Assembly (NCBI RefSeq): GCF_009914755.1
Contig: NC_060942.1
Strand: one strand, 5' to 3'
Source of the DNA: the human T2T-CHM13v2.0 reference genome, Homo sapiens
DNA length: 64,000 nucleotides
Part shown: in pieces, positions 25,949-40,101 of the stretch
Layout of the letters: every line of letters begins with the position of its first letter
Numbering within the stretch: position 1 is the stretch's first letter
The notes under the pieces: generated by a model
Told to the model about the DNA's origin: nothing
Seen by the model: the letters and a program-made list of their open reading frames with translations, nothing else
Databases searched by the model: none
Made by a program: the position numbers and the translations under genes

Positions 25949-27997
25949 TCTTGTGTTTTTAACCTGTTGTCCAGCTTACCAACCTCTGAATCCCCGGTTG
26001 ACACTGGATGCTTCCTCAGGTTATGTGTCCCATCTCTTTCATTATGAGACTTAGGCCAAAAAGTCTCTCTCTAGCCCCTAAACCTACAGTTATTTCTTAG
26101 GCAACTGGGCTTAGGTAGTGCAGTGAGCTGGAAAGTCTTGGAAACGTAATTGCCCCTCTCCTGGATGAGTGGATCACAGCTATGACTCTTCACACTGCAT
26201 ATTCAGCTATAGAGTCAGGCAAGAAGGACTTTCTGGTGATTATCATGTTGGCCACTCCAAGTATGGACACCAGTACTTTTTCTATTGCACCTAATAGGAT
26301 CTTTGCCTACTGCATGGAATGCAGGGATTGAGAGATGTGCCCACTTTCTGAGAATGGAGGAACTGTAGCTGGATTGGGAATCTAGAGGAAATTTCTCCTC
26401 TATCTGGCTAAACTGAAACCTTTATTCTATTGTAGTTGAGCCAAATCAACAAACTATCTCCAGGAAAAGAGGCTTGAAAGAGATTCCCTTTAGTATTCCC
26501 TTCACACTTAAGATTTTTGCTTGGGCACTGACACTCCTAAGAGAGCCAGAGAAACAGCGAAGGAAAACCTGGATGGAAGTCAGTAGTTTGTAGGAGGGGT
26601 AGATAAATTTACCTGCCTTTGGATCCAACTGCACCACATTGCTGGCAGTGATGAGTGCCATTCCCTTTCAGAACCAGCCTAGATTAAGTGACAGGATGTC
26701 CTGTTCATGAAAAGGGCCATTCATCACCCAGTGGAAAATGTCATATGGCAAGGCAGTACCTTAACAAGTTGCTCTCAGACTTCTACAGAGGCTCCAAGAG
26801 GGTAGACACTGTTATTATTTGCATTTCATGTCTAGAGGCAGAGCTAGGGTGAGGCAGGGAACAGGAACGATGGAAGATAGGGATACTACTGTTCTGTAAC
26901 TGTGGCAATTTTTTGTTCTGTCTTATTTGCACTTGACATTTAGTTGCTACTTTATTTTCTGCTTTGGAAAAGTATTTAACTTTCCTGCTTCTAATTTTAC
27001 TAAGCAGCAAAATGAAAATAATAATAATACATGAGTTAACACAGGTAATACCATTACCAGGTAATCCTGGAGCCTAGTAATGCTTCAATAAAATGTAGCC
27101 ACTGTTACTTGATATTATTTTTCAGTGGCAGGAATATTTTTCTGAACCTGTAGATTGTGTGCAACTTACAAGGAGGAGATAATCGGTTCAGCTGCATCAT
27201 ATAAATCTGTGCCATTATGGACATTATGGACAAAGGTCCACAGATTATTATGCAGACGGGGACATGAATGTGAGACTGACAATGAGAAGAACCACTTCTT
27301 CCTTCCCAGTGCTGAGCTTTGAGGTGTTAGACAAGGGTCCATACTTTTAACAGGGGGACAACGTCCAAGAAATATCCATTGAAGGGTTGGCTGTATAGAA
27401 GATACAGTCTCTCCAACCTAGGAATTCTCACATTTTATAATCAGTGTCAAGAATTTTTCTATTGTAAATCTCTTCTATTATCTGAAAAACTTTAATAAAA
27501 AGATTTAAACTCTCATAACCTGTTCTGAGGCATGGTTTAGAGGAGGCTCCATTCCTGCATCTAGTGATGTAGTCAAAGTCGGCCGTGGCCACCTGCAGGA
27601 CTCAGTTATGGTTTGAAGAGGTGATGTCAGGGGAGCAAGCAGTGTCGTCCTTAGAAGCAGCTGCTTGCCTGGAGTGACAGAGGGTAGGATAAACTGTAAG
27701 CATTTCTTGGAAATTCCTGGAATTCCTTGGTGATGAATACTCTGTAGAATGTTTGACTTCTTGTGAACTCAAGCATAATGGGGACTCAACTTCTAACTGT
27801 ATATTAAAAGGACTTAATATGTTATGAAGGACTGCATAAACCTGGACAACATTAGGGGTTGGGGACAGGGAAAACCCTGACACCCAGATGAGAGCACTCA
27901 GAGGAAGTACTTATGCCGCCCTCACTGTGTCCTCAGGCAAAGCTTCTCCCACATTCCAGCTTCTCCTGCCTCAGGAGAGAGGCAGCTGAGGTACCTG

Positions 27998-28507
27998 TGT
28001 TACAGGAGCTAAAAAGAAATTATTCAGACAGTTAGTGAGGGTAAGAGAGTCCTCAGAAAGGTTTCCCTTTGAATAAAAAAGCAGCCCCTAAATCATTTAT
28101 TTTCTAACAAAGAGCAGCCTGGAAAATCAAGCTGCAGACAGAAAAGCAAGCTAGAAGCTTGCACAGGTAAATGCTGGCAGCAGTGCCAGAAGAAAAGGGA
28201 TACCTAGGAGCCAGGCATATTCAACATGGAGGTTCCATCTTCCCTTTTCTTTGTCACCGCGTGTTTAGTCAGGGAACAGGCAACATGGCACCAGCCAGGT
28301 AGAGAACCTATCTGCATAATAAAAGATTAGGGTGGGTAGCCAGCTTCTTCACTTGCTATGTAAATGGCATACCTGGTCCAACCAATCCTTTGCGCCCTGT
28401 GTAAATCAGACACCGCCTCCTCAAGCTCTTCTATAAAATCTCCTGCACTTCTTCACAGAGTGGAAGACCCACTAAGGAGCCCTCTCTGCAAGAGAGAGAG
28501 CTTTTCT
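27998..28507 (+). mobile_element. LTR9-like ERV1 LTR, 3' part missing
   Basis: TGTTACAGGAGCTAAAAAGAAATTATT start, CCAAT (28382), TATAAAA (28432-28438), octamer-like ATGTAAAT (28358); homology stops at the Alu. Confidence 0.8.
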
Positions 28508-28795
<288 letters not shown>

Positions 28796-29128
28796 GAAAG
28801 AGAGCTTTTCTCATTACCCCAGACATACAACACAACTTCACCTACAGATCATCTAGTCCCTGAAGAGATGATATCTTCTCTTGCTCTGAAGAGCTACCAC
28901 CTCACTAGAAAGCATAGGTGGTCACAGCACTGATTTCTCATCAGTGGGTTGGAATCCAGTAGCAGCATGATCTACCGCATCAACCACAAGACCAGCTACA
29001 CTGTGTCACTGTGGGCTATCCAGAGCTCTACCTGCCACTCTGACAGTATTGCCTTAAAAATTCAGAGGATGGCGGGGCCAATGCCGCCGGATTCCACCAC
29101 TTTGAATGGTACTTAGAACGAATCATTC

Positions 29129-29979
29129 TGAAATGGGAAAAGTTCCTTTGCCCCGTTCAAGGGCTCGTGATGGGGGTGTGGCTTGCTTCTTCAGTGCCCC
29201 CTGCTGCTGGGCTCAAACCTCTAGGGGAGCATACACATGGGCAGGCTGTGGGGCTCCAACCCCACAGCAGTGTCTAGGGGTGAATGTTTACAGCTCCTGA
29301 AGCCTCAGTGGGCATGTGTTACAGGGTGCTCTTTTAGTTTGCCATCTATAGGTGGCTTGTGTTAGTCAGCTCAGTTAGACCCTCTACCTTGTCACAAGGA
29401 CAGAGGGCTTTCTGTATCTCGGGGTTTCTTGCCTTGGTGTACTGGAAGAAGCCTGATCACATGTGGGCTTGGAGAACGAGTGCAAGGTTTTATTGAGTGG
29501 AAGTAGCTCTCAGCAGATGGGGGAGCCAGAAGGGAGATGGTTTTCCCCTGGAGGCAGGGCGCTTGGTGGCCCGGGTTCTCCTCCGACTGCCCCAGCCAAA
29601 CTCTGCCTCATCCTGCCAGTGGATGGCCTGCTGGTGAGCCGGTGTTCTGTTCCGCCTGTGCATGCCCTCCACATCCTCTCATTGTGCAGCTGCTTATGTC
29701 TTCTTCCACTGAGGTGCTCCTCTCGATGTCTGGCTGCCTGTGTGTCTGCCTGCTAGGGTCTTGGGGGTTTTTATAGGCCCAGAATGGGGACGTGGCAGGC
29801 CAGAGTGGTCTTGGAAAATGCAACATTTGGACGTGAAGGCAGGAGTGCCTGTCCTCACCTAGGTCTGTGGTAGTGGAGCCCTAGCCAGGGACGCGCCTTT
29901 CTCTACCCAGCACTTCCCTTCCCCACTTCGGTATTATTTAAAGGGACCACACTCTTCCCCTCCCAGCACTCGTTTATCA
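29129..29979 (-). mobile_element. ERV1 solo LTR, LTR28/LTR27/MER52 group
   Basis: TG...CA termini, 4-bp TSD ATTC (29125-29128, 29980-29983), minus-strand TATAAAAA (29768-29775) and AATAAA (29489-29494). Confidence 0.85.
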
Positions 29980-31539
29980 ATTCCAGCAAAACTTTAAGAT
30001 TAACTGGCAAATGTATCCAAATTCTCTGGCCCTCGGGACTTGAAGGGTGAGTCTGTATGAATGTGAATATGAACTTGTACATTCAATTTTCCCTCAAGCT
30101 GCCATTGAATATATATATTTTTTCCATTTCCCAACACACAGATCGGCATCGAGAGCAGGGAGAGAGTAACTACGTCTTTACCCGCAGCCCTTTGGTACCT
30201 TAAGTGTGGTGCTGCCGCCAGTTAGGATGGGTTTACTTGTTGAGGCCAGATAGGCCAATTTTTATACAGGTCCCTAAAAAAAAAAAACAACAGCCAGAGG
30301 CAAACTGGCTGCAAATTTTCCAGTCAGGAGAAAAACCAAGCTCTCAGTTTCTTAAAATTTAAAGAAATCAGGTATCTGATCCCAAGACCCAGGCATGGTG
30401 ATTTGAAAACAGCAGAAAGCCAAGAGACAGCATTCAAATCTCCTGAAAGCTGGCCACCCTTCTCTCTGTCTGCCGTCATGTAATGAAGGCACACACATAG
30501 GGGGACTGGGCATTACTATGACTCACAATATCATGGACATCAAGATGGACAGAGAGATAGGAGACCACATCTAGACTTTCCCAGTGAGTGCCTGTATTTC
30601 CTCTCGGGCCTTTCCATCCTCTAGCAGGAAACCCCTACCTCCACCTTACCTAGGAGTTCCACTACAGTAATTGCCTGGACCTTACCTGTCCTCTTGTCTT
30701 TCTCTGTCCTAGAACTCCAAACAAGCATTCTGCCTCCTGGAACGGGTTTCTCAGACCAGGAGTGTGGGAACTTCTCCGGCATTGTGAGCGAGACTGCTCT
30801 GACACCATGGAACTCAGCACCTGTGTTCCTCCCCACCAGGCAGGGTGTGGGAGCACCGTGTCTGAGACAGGAAGGCTTCCTTTAGCTATGCATCCTCATA
30901 TTTTGTCTTCCCCCATCCTGGAGGGTTCCCCAGTCACCGCCAGCCTTTCTTGTCTGATTCCAGGGGACTTTGTGCCTGATCTGGCCTTCGTGATGCCATT
31001 TTAGGTACTCAGCCGGGCTCTCCTTTGCAATCCATCTCCTTATACGTGGAGACAGGCAGGAGAATTCTGTTCTTCGGGTGTGTGGTGCTAAGATTGTTGA
31101 GCGCTCCCACAGAGGTCTCTGAGGGAGCCACCCATTATCTGTCAAAATCGAGGGAATGGGAACAGGGAGGAAGATGGGATGATGCTGCAGAGGCTGGCTA
31201 GAGTGCTCATGTTTGCATGGGGAAAGAAGTCACCTTATGCTCTGCCATCAGGAGTCCTGGCAATGCGCCCCTCACTAATGCCTGAGATGGCATTGTCACA
31301 GTTTCATACTCTTGTCTTTCGATTTCTAACCTTGCTCTTTTTCAAATATGCATTACTTCAAACATCAACTTATTAAAGTACTTTTCTAATAATGGTCTGT
31401 ACTCAGTGCAAAAATATAAAAAGAAATAAGGACGAATTTTGAACAGGAGGAGCTCAAAGTCTAGTGAGAAATAAGCCTTTTATATTTATAAATAAAAATT
31501 ACAATAGTACCTAATATGGGCTTTCTCATCAGTTGCTTA

Positions 31540-31680
31540 AAGTGGCAATTCTGCTTGAGGAAATCAGGAGAGGCTTCAGAGGAATCAGCCCTTGAGTGGA
31601 GATTTAGGTGAACACGGACAGTGAAGGGATGCAGAGGGAAGGCATTTACGGCAGAGGAGTAAATGACATGCACCAAGATT
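31540..31680 (-). mobile_element. L2 fragment (continues at about 32716-32900)
   Basis: gaaatcaggagaggcttcagaggaa...gggaaggcatttacggcagagg; L2 resumes after the LTRs. Confidence 0.6.
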
Positions 31681-31811
31681 ATTACAAGGTACTGGTTCGC
31701 ACAATCATGGAAGCTAAGAAGACAAGACAGCAGACAACCTGCTGAATCAGTAAAACTGTGTGTAGTCCGTGGTTGTGTTTGATAACCAGTATCACAGCTA
31801 CCAAAGGAGAC

Positions 31812-32250
31812 TGTGATGGTTAATTTTATGTGTCAATTTGACAGGATCACAGTCTGCCCAGATATTTGGTAAAATATTATTCTGGGTGTGTCTGTGAGGG
31901 AGTCTCTGGATGAGATGACATTTGAATCAGTGACTGAGGAAAGCAGATCTCCCTGCCCCGTGTGGGTGGGCCTCATCTGCTGAAGGCTTTAACAGAAGAA
32001 AAGGCTGAATAGGGAAGAATTTGCTCTTTCTATCTGACTGTCTTTCACTGAGACATCACTCTTCTCCTGACTTTGAACTAATGCTCAGACTGGAACTACA
32101 CCAGGCTCTCCCAGTTCTCTCCCAATTTCAGATACTGGAACATCTTAGCCTCCATAATCATGTGAACCACTACCTTCTAATCATCTACCCACCTCCTTAC
32201 CTATCGATCATCTATCTTTTTCTGTTTCCTGATGAGCTCTGACTAAAACA
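31812..32250 (+). mobile_element. MLT2D-like ERVL LTR with short internal/PPT remnant upstream
   Basis: TGTGATGGTTAATTTTATGTGTCAA start, ctctgactaaaaca end, preceded by ccaaaggagac. Confidence 0.85.
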
Positions 32251-32260
32251 GGGACCCTAG

Positions 32261-32715
32261 TGTCTTAGTCTGCTGGGGGTACTATAAATAATACAACAGA
32301 TTGGTTGGCTTAATAAACAGACATTTATTTTCTCATAGTTCTGGAATCTGGGACGTCTATGACTGAGTGCCTGCAAATTCTGTTTATGGTAAGTGTTTTC
32401 TTCATGGCTTGTGGCCCCCTTCTTGCTATGTCCCCCTATGGCTTTTCCTTGGTGCACGTGCACAGGGGCAGGGGTGGTGGTGAGTGGGGTTGAAGAGAGA
32501 GAGAGAGAGAGACAGAGACACAGAGAGAGGGAGAGTACACAAACTCTCTGGTGTCCCTTCTGATAAGAACATTAATCCTATTAGATCAGGACCTCACCTT
32601 TAAGACTCCATTTAACCTTAATTACCTCCGTAGAGGACACATCTCCAAATACAGTCACACTGGGAGGTTAGGCTTTGACACAGGAATTTTGAAGGACACA
32701 ATTCAGTCCATAATA
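32261..32715 (-). mobile_element. MLT1A/MLT1A0 MaLR LTR with internal (GA)n
   Basis: tgtcttagtc...acagacatttattttctcatagttctgga...atctccaaatacagtcacactgg...attcagtccata. Confidence 0.85.
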
Positions 32716-33668
32716 CTGGGAGAGGGTGATGGAAGAGAAGTCTGGACAGGTGGCCGAGATGAGAACGTGAAACACTTTGTGTCTCATACTAAGGGATTTT
32801 AAGGTTTATCCTGCCATTGATGGGGAGATATTGAAGGATTTTAACTGTGAAAAAGAGAAGAGATGACAACATTTATATTAGAAAATTTATTCTGATTTCT
32901 GGTTAAATGAGCATTGATTAGCAGTCTCTGGAATAGTCTGCACACATTAGCCAATGGAAATTTTGTCGCAAATTTAAAAAATGATTACTCATAACCTCTG
33001 GAGAAACTAAGGCAGACAGCCAGTGCCAGATTCTTGGAGATATTTTAACACTTATATGGTTCATTTAGTTGTATTGAGAAAAATCATTTGTGGCCTTTCA
33101 TGCAGCCCCACATTAGTGAGCACCCCAAAGATGCTCATTTACCCTGTCTGGGGTCTTCTCTTTAGGCTCAATACCTATTACCTTTGGTGTCTATGCTGGT
33201 CATAACACTGGGAGATCACCCAAATTCACTGCATTGATGTAGCATTTTGCAGCAGAGTTTGTTTCTCTTTTATCTTTAGATAACAGGGAAAGAAGAGGGT
33301 GGGATGGGGTGCAAACAAGGAATGGCTTTGGCGTTTGGCATTTTGATTGATAAATCCCATACATACAGTGTTCTTGGGAGTGACAAAAATAAGAACATCC
33401 TTAACAACAGTTCACACTAGTTTGATTTTAATTAGTTTTAATTTTAATTTAGTTTTAATTTATTATTTAATATTACTTAAGTATTTGTTTATTATAGATA
33501 GCATCAGTTCTAGGAATCAGGCAATAGAATAAGATATTAAGAATCTATATCCAGCAAAGCAGCCTTGGTCTAGTTGGATTATTTATCAAATTGCTATCCA
33601 GCTGAAGATTTGAGAAGGTTTTGCTATTGTTTTTGTTTGCTTTTTGACAAATGCTAGGTGACTAGTAA

Positions 33669-33979
<311 letters not shown>

Positions 33980-34693
33980 GATCAAAGCATGTTTACACAT
34001 CATATCTCTCAAAAAAGGTTGGATTGAAATATATCACGACTTCTTGAAATATGGAATCACTAAAAGGAGTACTAAATGCCTATATTGAACTGATATGTGT
34101 AAATCTCATTATTTAAGGATGCAGGAACATAGGAAAACTAGACCAGAACCTAGGACAAAAATATTGAAGACAAAAGAATATGAAATATTATCCTAAACAT
34201 TAATAGAAAGTTAAGACTTGAAAATAATTTACTAAAATAACCAGAAAAAATTTCAGAAAACTGCATGCCATGTTTAGTAAGATATAAGGCATAGTCTACA
34301 TGCAATAAGGAAAGAAATCCATAAGTATTGAAAAGGCTAAAATCAAACTACAAATGTGATGAAATGAATAACAACATAGGTGGGAAGATAATCTGCATAA
34401 GAAAATAAAGCATGATAAAATAGAAATTGCAGCACCAAAACCAAAGTCCTCATTTTTGGCAATGTGATGCAACATTGGAACTTTATTGATCAGTGATGCG
34501 AAGGATGAGCTTGAAAAACTTTTCCAAAATGGAGATTGCCTTGCTCTGACTTCTATCTTGAAAGCTGATTTTAAAACACACACCCACTGGATGGTGTGGA
34601 TAAATATATTTGTTAATTATTTCTGAAAACAAAAGAGCCATTTGTCAAATTCTCTTTCATACTGACAAGATCATTTGGATATATTATTTAGGA

Positions 34694-34879
34694 CAGTGAT
34701 TCTAAAATATGATCACTGGGCTAGCAGCAGAAGCAGCATCTGAGATCTTGTTAGAAATATAAGTTCTCAAGCAACACCTCAACCTATTGAGTCAGGAACT
34801 CTGGGAGTGGGGCCAAGTAGTTGGTGCTTTAACCAGCCCTATGGGTGATTCTGATGCTGCTCAAGTTTGAGAACCACTG
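34694..34879 (+). mobile_element. MER5A (hAT-Charlie MITE)
   Basis: TIRs cagtgattctaaa / tttgagaaccactg, internal cttgttagaaat; similar 8-bp flanks atttagga/gattagga. Confidence 0.85.
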
Positions 34880-35803
34880 GATTAGGAGAATAGCTTGCTT
34901 GCTATAATGAGAATGTTCCCAGGTAGCTTCCCTGGCCACCTCAGGTATCCCTCATCTACCACTGATCCAGACATACAAAATCCAGACAAGTTTGCAGATG
35001 TGAAGGCTCTGCTAGTTGGGGAGCATGTGTGCCTCAGATTCCCCACACCCAAATGAGAGGAAAGGGTCATCAATAACTGATTTTCCCAAACAAGAGTATT
35101 AAAGGTATTCCAAATGCAACATATGAATATAAATTAAGTAGAAGAAACATTTCCTAAAGTTAGGGAAGAGCTGTGCATGCGCATTGAAAAGGCTTTCTGT
35201 AATATGGGCAAAGTCAACAAGAAGACTCACAGCTAATTAATTCTGGGGGAAAATAAAGGGTACCTTAAGAAGAACAGACATCTCATAAACAAGGAAGGAG
35301 GGAAGGAAGGAAGGGAAAAAGTCTGCCTCTAAGACTAAAAATCTTTGTGTAGGCATCAGATCTAGAGACAAAGTAACACATTAGGTTTATGTAGGAAGAC
35401 GGATACCTCTTCCTCCAAGGCTATCAGTAAGGATGCAATATTATGTACAAAATGTTGGAAACAAGTAAGATTGAAAACTTGTAAATCATATGATAGATTT
35501 CCTGAAATACGGTTTGTGCTCACTTAGTGCTAGCAGTTACTCATTATTACAGCACCATGAGCACAGGAATGGGGAGAACCTGACTCATTTCCTGGAAGGT
35601 GCCATACTCTAGGCCCTAGAGTCTAGGCCATTTACACATGCTTCCCTAGAAAGAAGGCAAGATCTGAGAACAGGTCCAAATAAAATGGTAAATGCAGAGG
35701 AGTGTTAAGAGCATAATTATTCTGGGATATTTTGTGTGACCGAATATGTGCTTGGGGATGGTGGCTGAGGACCTCAGAGAATAGTGGCAAGAAATGTTAA
35801 ACA

Positions 35804-36165
<362 letters not shown>

Positions 36166-39100
36166 TCATGTGCAGGTCCTATGTAGAAAAGCTCTCCAGC
36201 ACATGTCACATAGGACAATGGGCACACATTCCTCCCCTCTACTTGCTTTCTTGGTAACAGGAAAGCTAGCCTGGACTCTCAGGTCCTCCAAGGCTGGGAT
36301 GCAACTGATGAGAGCTCACATCAGTGAGGTAGCATCGCTGCCATAGCCCAATGAGAACTTGCTTTCTTTCTCCCAATATTGTCAGTTTACGAACAATAGT
36401 CTTGTATTCAACAATAATCTTGTATATTAAACTCTACTCTCAAGGATTATGAAATCTAGTCAGGGAGACAAGCCACACATCTGAGAAATTAATAACCATT
36501 CAAAATCTAAAAACAATACAGAAAATGTCAAGAGTGTTTATGTGTTAAGTGAAATGTGAGTGATGGAAATATCTAGCTACATAATGAGCTACCATTGTTG
36601 GTGAAGATGCCAGAGAAAGCTTTACAGAGAAGGGAAGCAAACTAGCAGAATGTAGCAGTAACTCCACTGCAGGCTGAGAGAATAACATGAGGCTCAAAAA
36701 CAGGGAACTGTGAGATGAAATAAGTGGATACTTTCGAGAGAACAGGGATTAACTTTAGGAAGGAGTATGAAGTTGAAATGGTAATATTTTGGTGTTTGGA
36801 ATTTATCTTATGGGTGATATAGACCCATGGAAATTTAAAGATGTTCTTCTTAATGTGAATTTCCAAAGATGGAATAGCAATTGAACTAGGTTTTCTATCA
36901 AATGGTAGGTTCTCTCATAGCATCCTATATTTGAATATCATACAATCAGTGAGACATGATTATATTCTTGCTGTTTCTGAAAGTTATGCAATTACCTTGA
37001 TATTTTTGCACCATTAAATGTGAAAAAATATCCTTATTTTCTCTCCTCTTTTTTGGGCTGCTTTTAGCAGTCTGAAAATCAGCTTTCATTTTGACTGCCG
37101 CTTAACAGAATTTGATTAAAAAAAGTAAACTAATTACAACGGAAATGCAGCCCTGTGAAGCTTTAAGAAAAACACATTATTTTGTTTTAGGGTTCAGTTA
37201 CTATACATTCATTTATCATCTTTATAAGCGATGTGCAGGCGATGATGAATAGGCCCTGGCTTTGAATCAGGAAATGTAAATTATCCTCTTTCTTTCTTTT
37301 CTTTCCTTCTTCTTTTTTTTTAAAACAAATAATGAATACTAGTAAATTTGAAGCTAACCAATGTGCCAAGAACTCAATGATGATGTAATGCCATGAAAGC
37401 AATGCAAGGGCTACCCACGTGCTAGTCTAAAGCCAAAAGAATTCCTGGTCCAGGGGATGCATAACCCGAGCTGGAGAGGGTTGTCTCATGGTTGGACTGG
37501 CTGGTTTGGAGGACCATCTGTAGGGTGTAGTCTGTAGTCGGCTCTGCTATTGCTCTGCATTTGAGCTACCCTCATTCAAGTGGCCTTTGCTCTCAGAAAA
37601 GTAGCAAGTGTGTTCCTTTAACCCTCACTCATCTAGGTCTTATCTTTTAGAACATAGGGCTTTGCCCTCTCCTCTTGCCCATCCAAACAGTCTTTGTTCT
37701 TCAAGGGCTGTTCAGGTTTACATTTCCTTTCAAAGCCTTTCCTGGTTGCTTCAGACCACAATGAAATTTCCGTAGAATACTAAAAACCTTTAATATCATG
37801 TGAGAAATAGGGTGCACTTATAAGCAAGAAGCTCAGTTTTTCATGATGGACATTATATGTTGTAATGTTTGAGTAGTATTAGGATAGAGAAAGAAAGTAC
37901 ATTCCCAGTGAGATGAGACAAGGATGCTCAACTGCAGACCATGGGTGAAGAGAGACCAATTCTGATTGGGTGGTCATTATTGCATATATGCAGCAGGGAG
38001 GATTTTAAGAAAGATAAAAGTCAGAATGCTCACCTCAGGATAAATCTCACAATCACATTACACTCATTTGGTGAAGAAAAACAAACCTCAGTTGAAAGGA
38101 AATAGTAATGTAAATGTTAGCTTTATTGGTGCAGAAAGTTAAGCATACTCATTTCTATTTTCAGGAGTTTTACAATATTTGCATTAACTTGTACGTAGAA
38201 TTTTTAAGTTATTTGCATGCATTCTGCAAATTAATTTAAAATTCGCAATTTACTTACATTTGGGTGGCATTTATGGATGAAGACATTACCCATAGACACT
38301 CTTCAAAGATAAAGTTATGTTTACATCATTAATTTCCATATTCTTTATAAATTATGCCAATTTGATATTTATGCTGTGATTTTACACATATCCTGTTTTC
38401 CTTTTTAGAAACAAAATTCAAGTATATCTACTCACTGTAGCACACAGAATGTATTTGTATACTTTCTTTTTATTAATTTTTGTTTCTTCCCACCATCTTT
38501 CCTCTTTCCTCTTTTAGTTGCTTTTATTATACCTTCTCTCAGACTGCTGAGGCAATGATTAGGCACATTGACCTTGGAAAAATAAATAAAGTGAAGGAAA
38601 ATATGATGATCTGTCACTTTAAAATGTAGTCCATTTCCACCAACATATTAAAAGTCTAAATATTTTATTGTTTGGGCACAATCTCATTTTTATTGCCCCA
38701 ATCACAGCTCATTGATTAGGATATGCTGGGCAGAAGAGTGAGCTGGTCAGCTAATGGCCTCCCTGCTGCTAAAATTAACTAATTGTTAAAGTAATAACCA
38801 TGGACCCTCATGGCCTATTTTAATAGTCAGTGGCAATCTGGGAAATTATTTTGCTGCTTTCATTTCAGTAAGTCCTTCTATTGGCCATTTGCACCCCTCT
38901 CCATCCTCTTAAATGTTCTCTTGATGAGAAATATTTCAATGAGAATCTGCAGGGAGCTCTGACCAGTCCCTCCAAGTTACAATTGAGCCTGTTGTTTCTA
39001 CTGTGAATAGAAGAACATCCTGTAGATCTGTGTATTGTGGTGCATGGGGGTGGCCATCTATCTACTGCACCAAACTTTCTTTCTAAGCTGTCCTTGCCTC

Positions 39101-39747
39101 CTCTGTCACATGTGCCTCTCACGTTAGATTGTTTAGTATCTTGCTTTGTCCTGCCCAAATGCTGGTCATGACCTTAATCTCCTTTTGGTGGAAAACCCTA
39201 CATCTATCTCTAGATGATCACCTCTCTCTACAATGCACACCTAGCTCAGCATTTACCCACTAAATTTCTCAGGACAACACTGTTTTCAACATTGACCTCT
39301 CCTTCCCTAATGTTCCCGTCTATACTATTGCTACATTTTACTATGTTTTTGAATTTAATATTCTCCATTACCTGGTTATTTGTTGTTTCATGTATACACA
39401 TTCTTTATTCTATGGTAAGCTGTAAATTTACCCAGGAAAATGTCCTGCACTTTCTCTCACATCCCTCAGAACAAAAAAAATTGCATTGAATACACTATAG
39501 ATGTTTAGCAAACATGCTGAATTAAATAAAATTAGATTTGGGGATTTCAAAGCTAAATTGCTATACCAATGTCCTGTGAGACTGTCTTAAATTTCTCATA
39601 CCCACAGAGGAAAAGGGAAGTTCTATCACTGAGACTAAATTGTAAATTAATATGGATACCATAAATTGGAAATTCCTTATGATAGAATTATGAACAGCCC
39701 CAGGAAAAGACATTGCAAAACGTTGTGCTCAAGGAACTTAATTTTAA

Positions 39748-40101
<354 letters not shown>

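Noticed and set aside
34100-35400. A-rich HAL1/L1 ORF1-like remnant
   Set aside because: Too degraded to assign family or boundaries by eye
35516-35545. gtgctcactt resembling the U6 snRNA 5' end
   Set aside because: Similarity ends after about 10 nt; no U6 body follows
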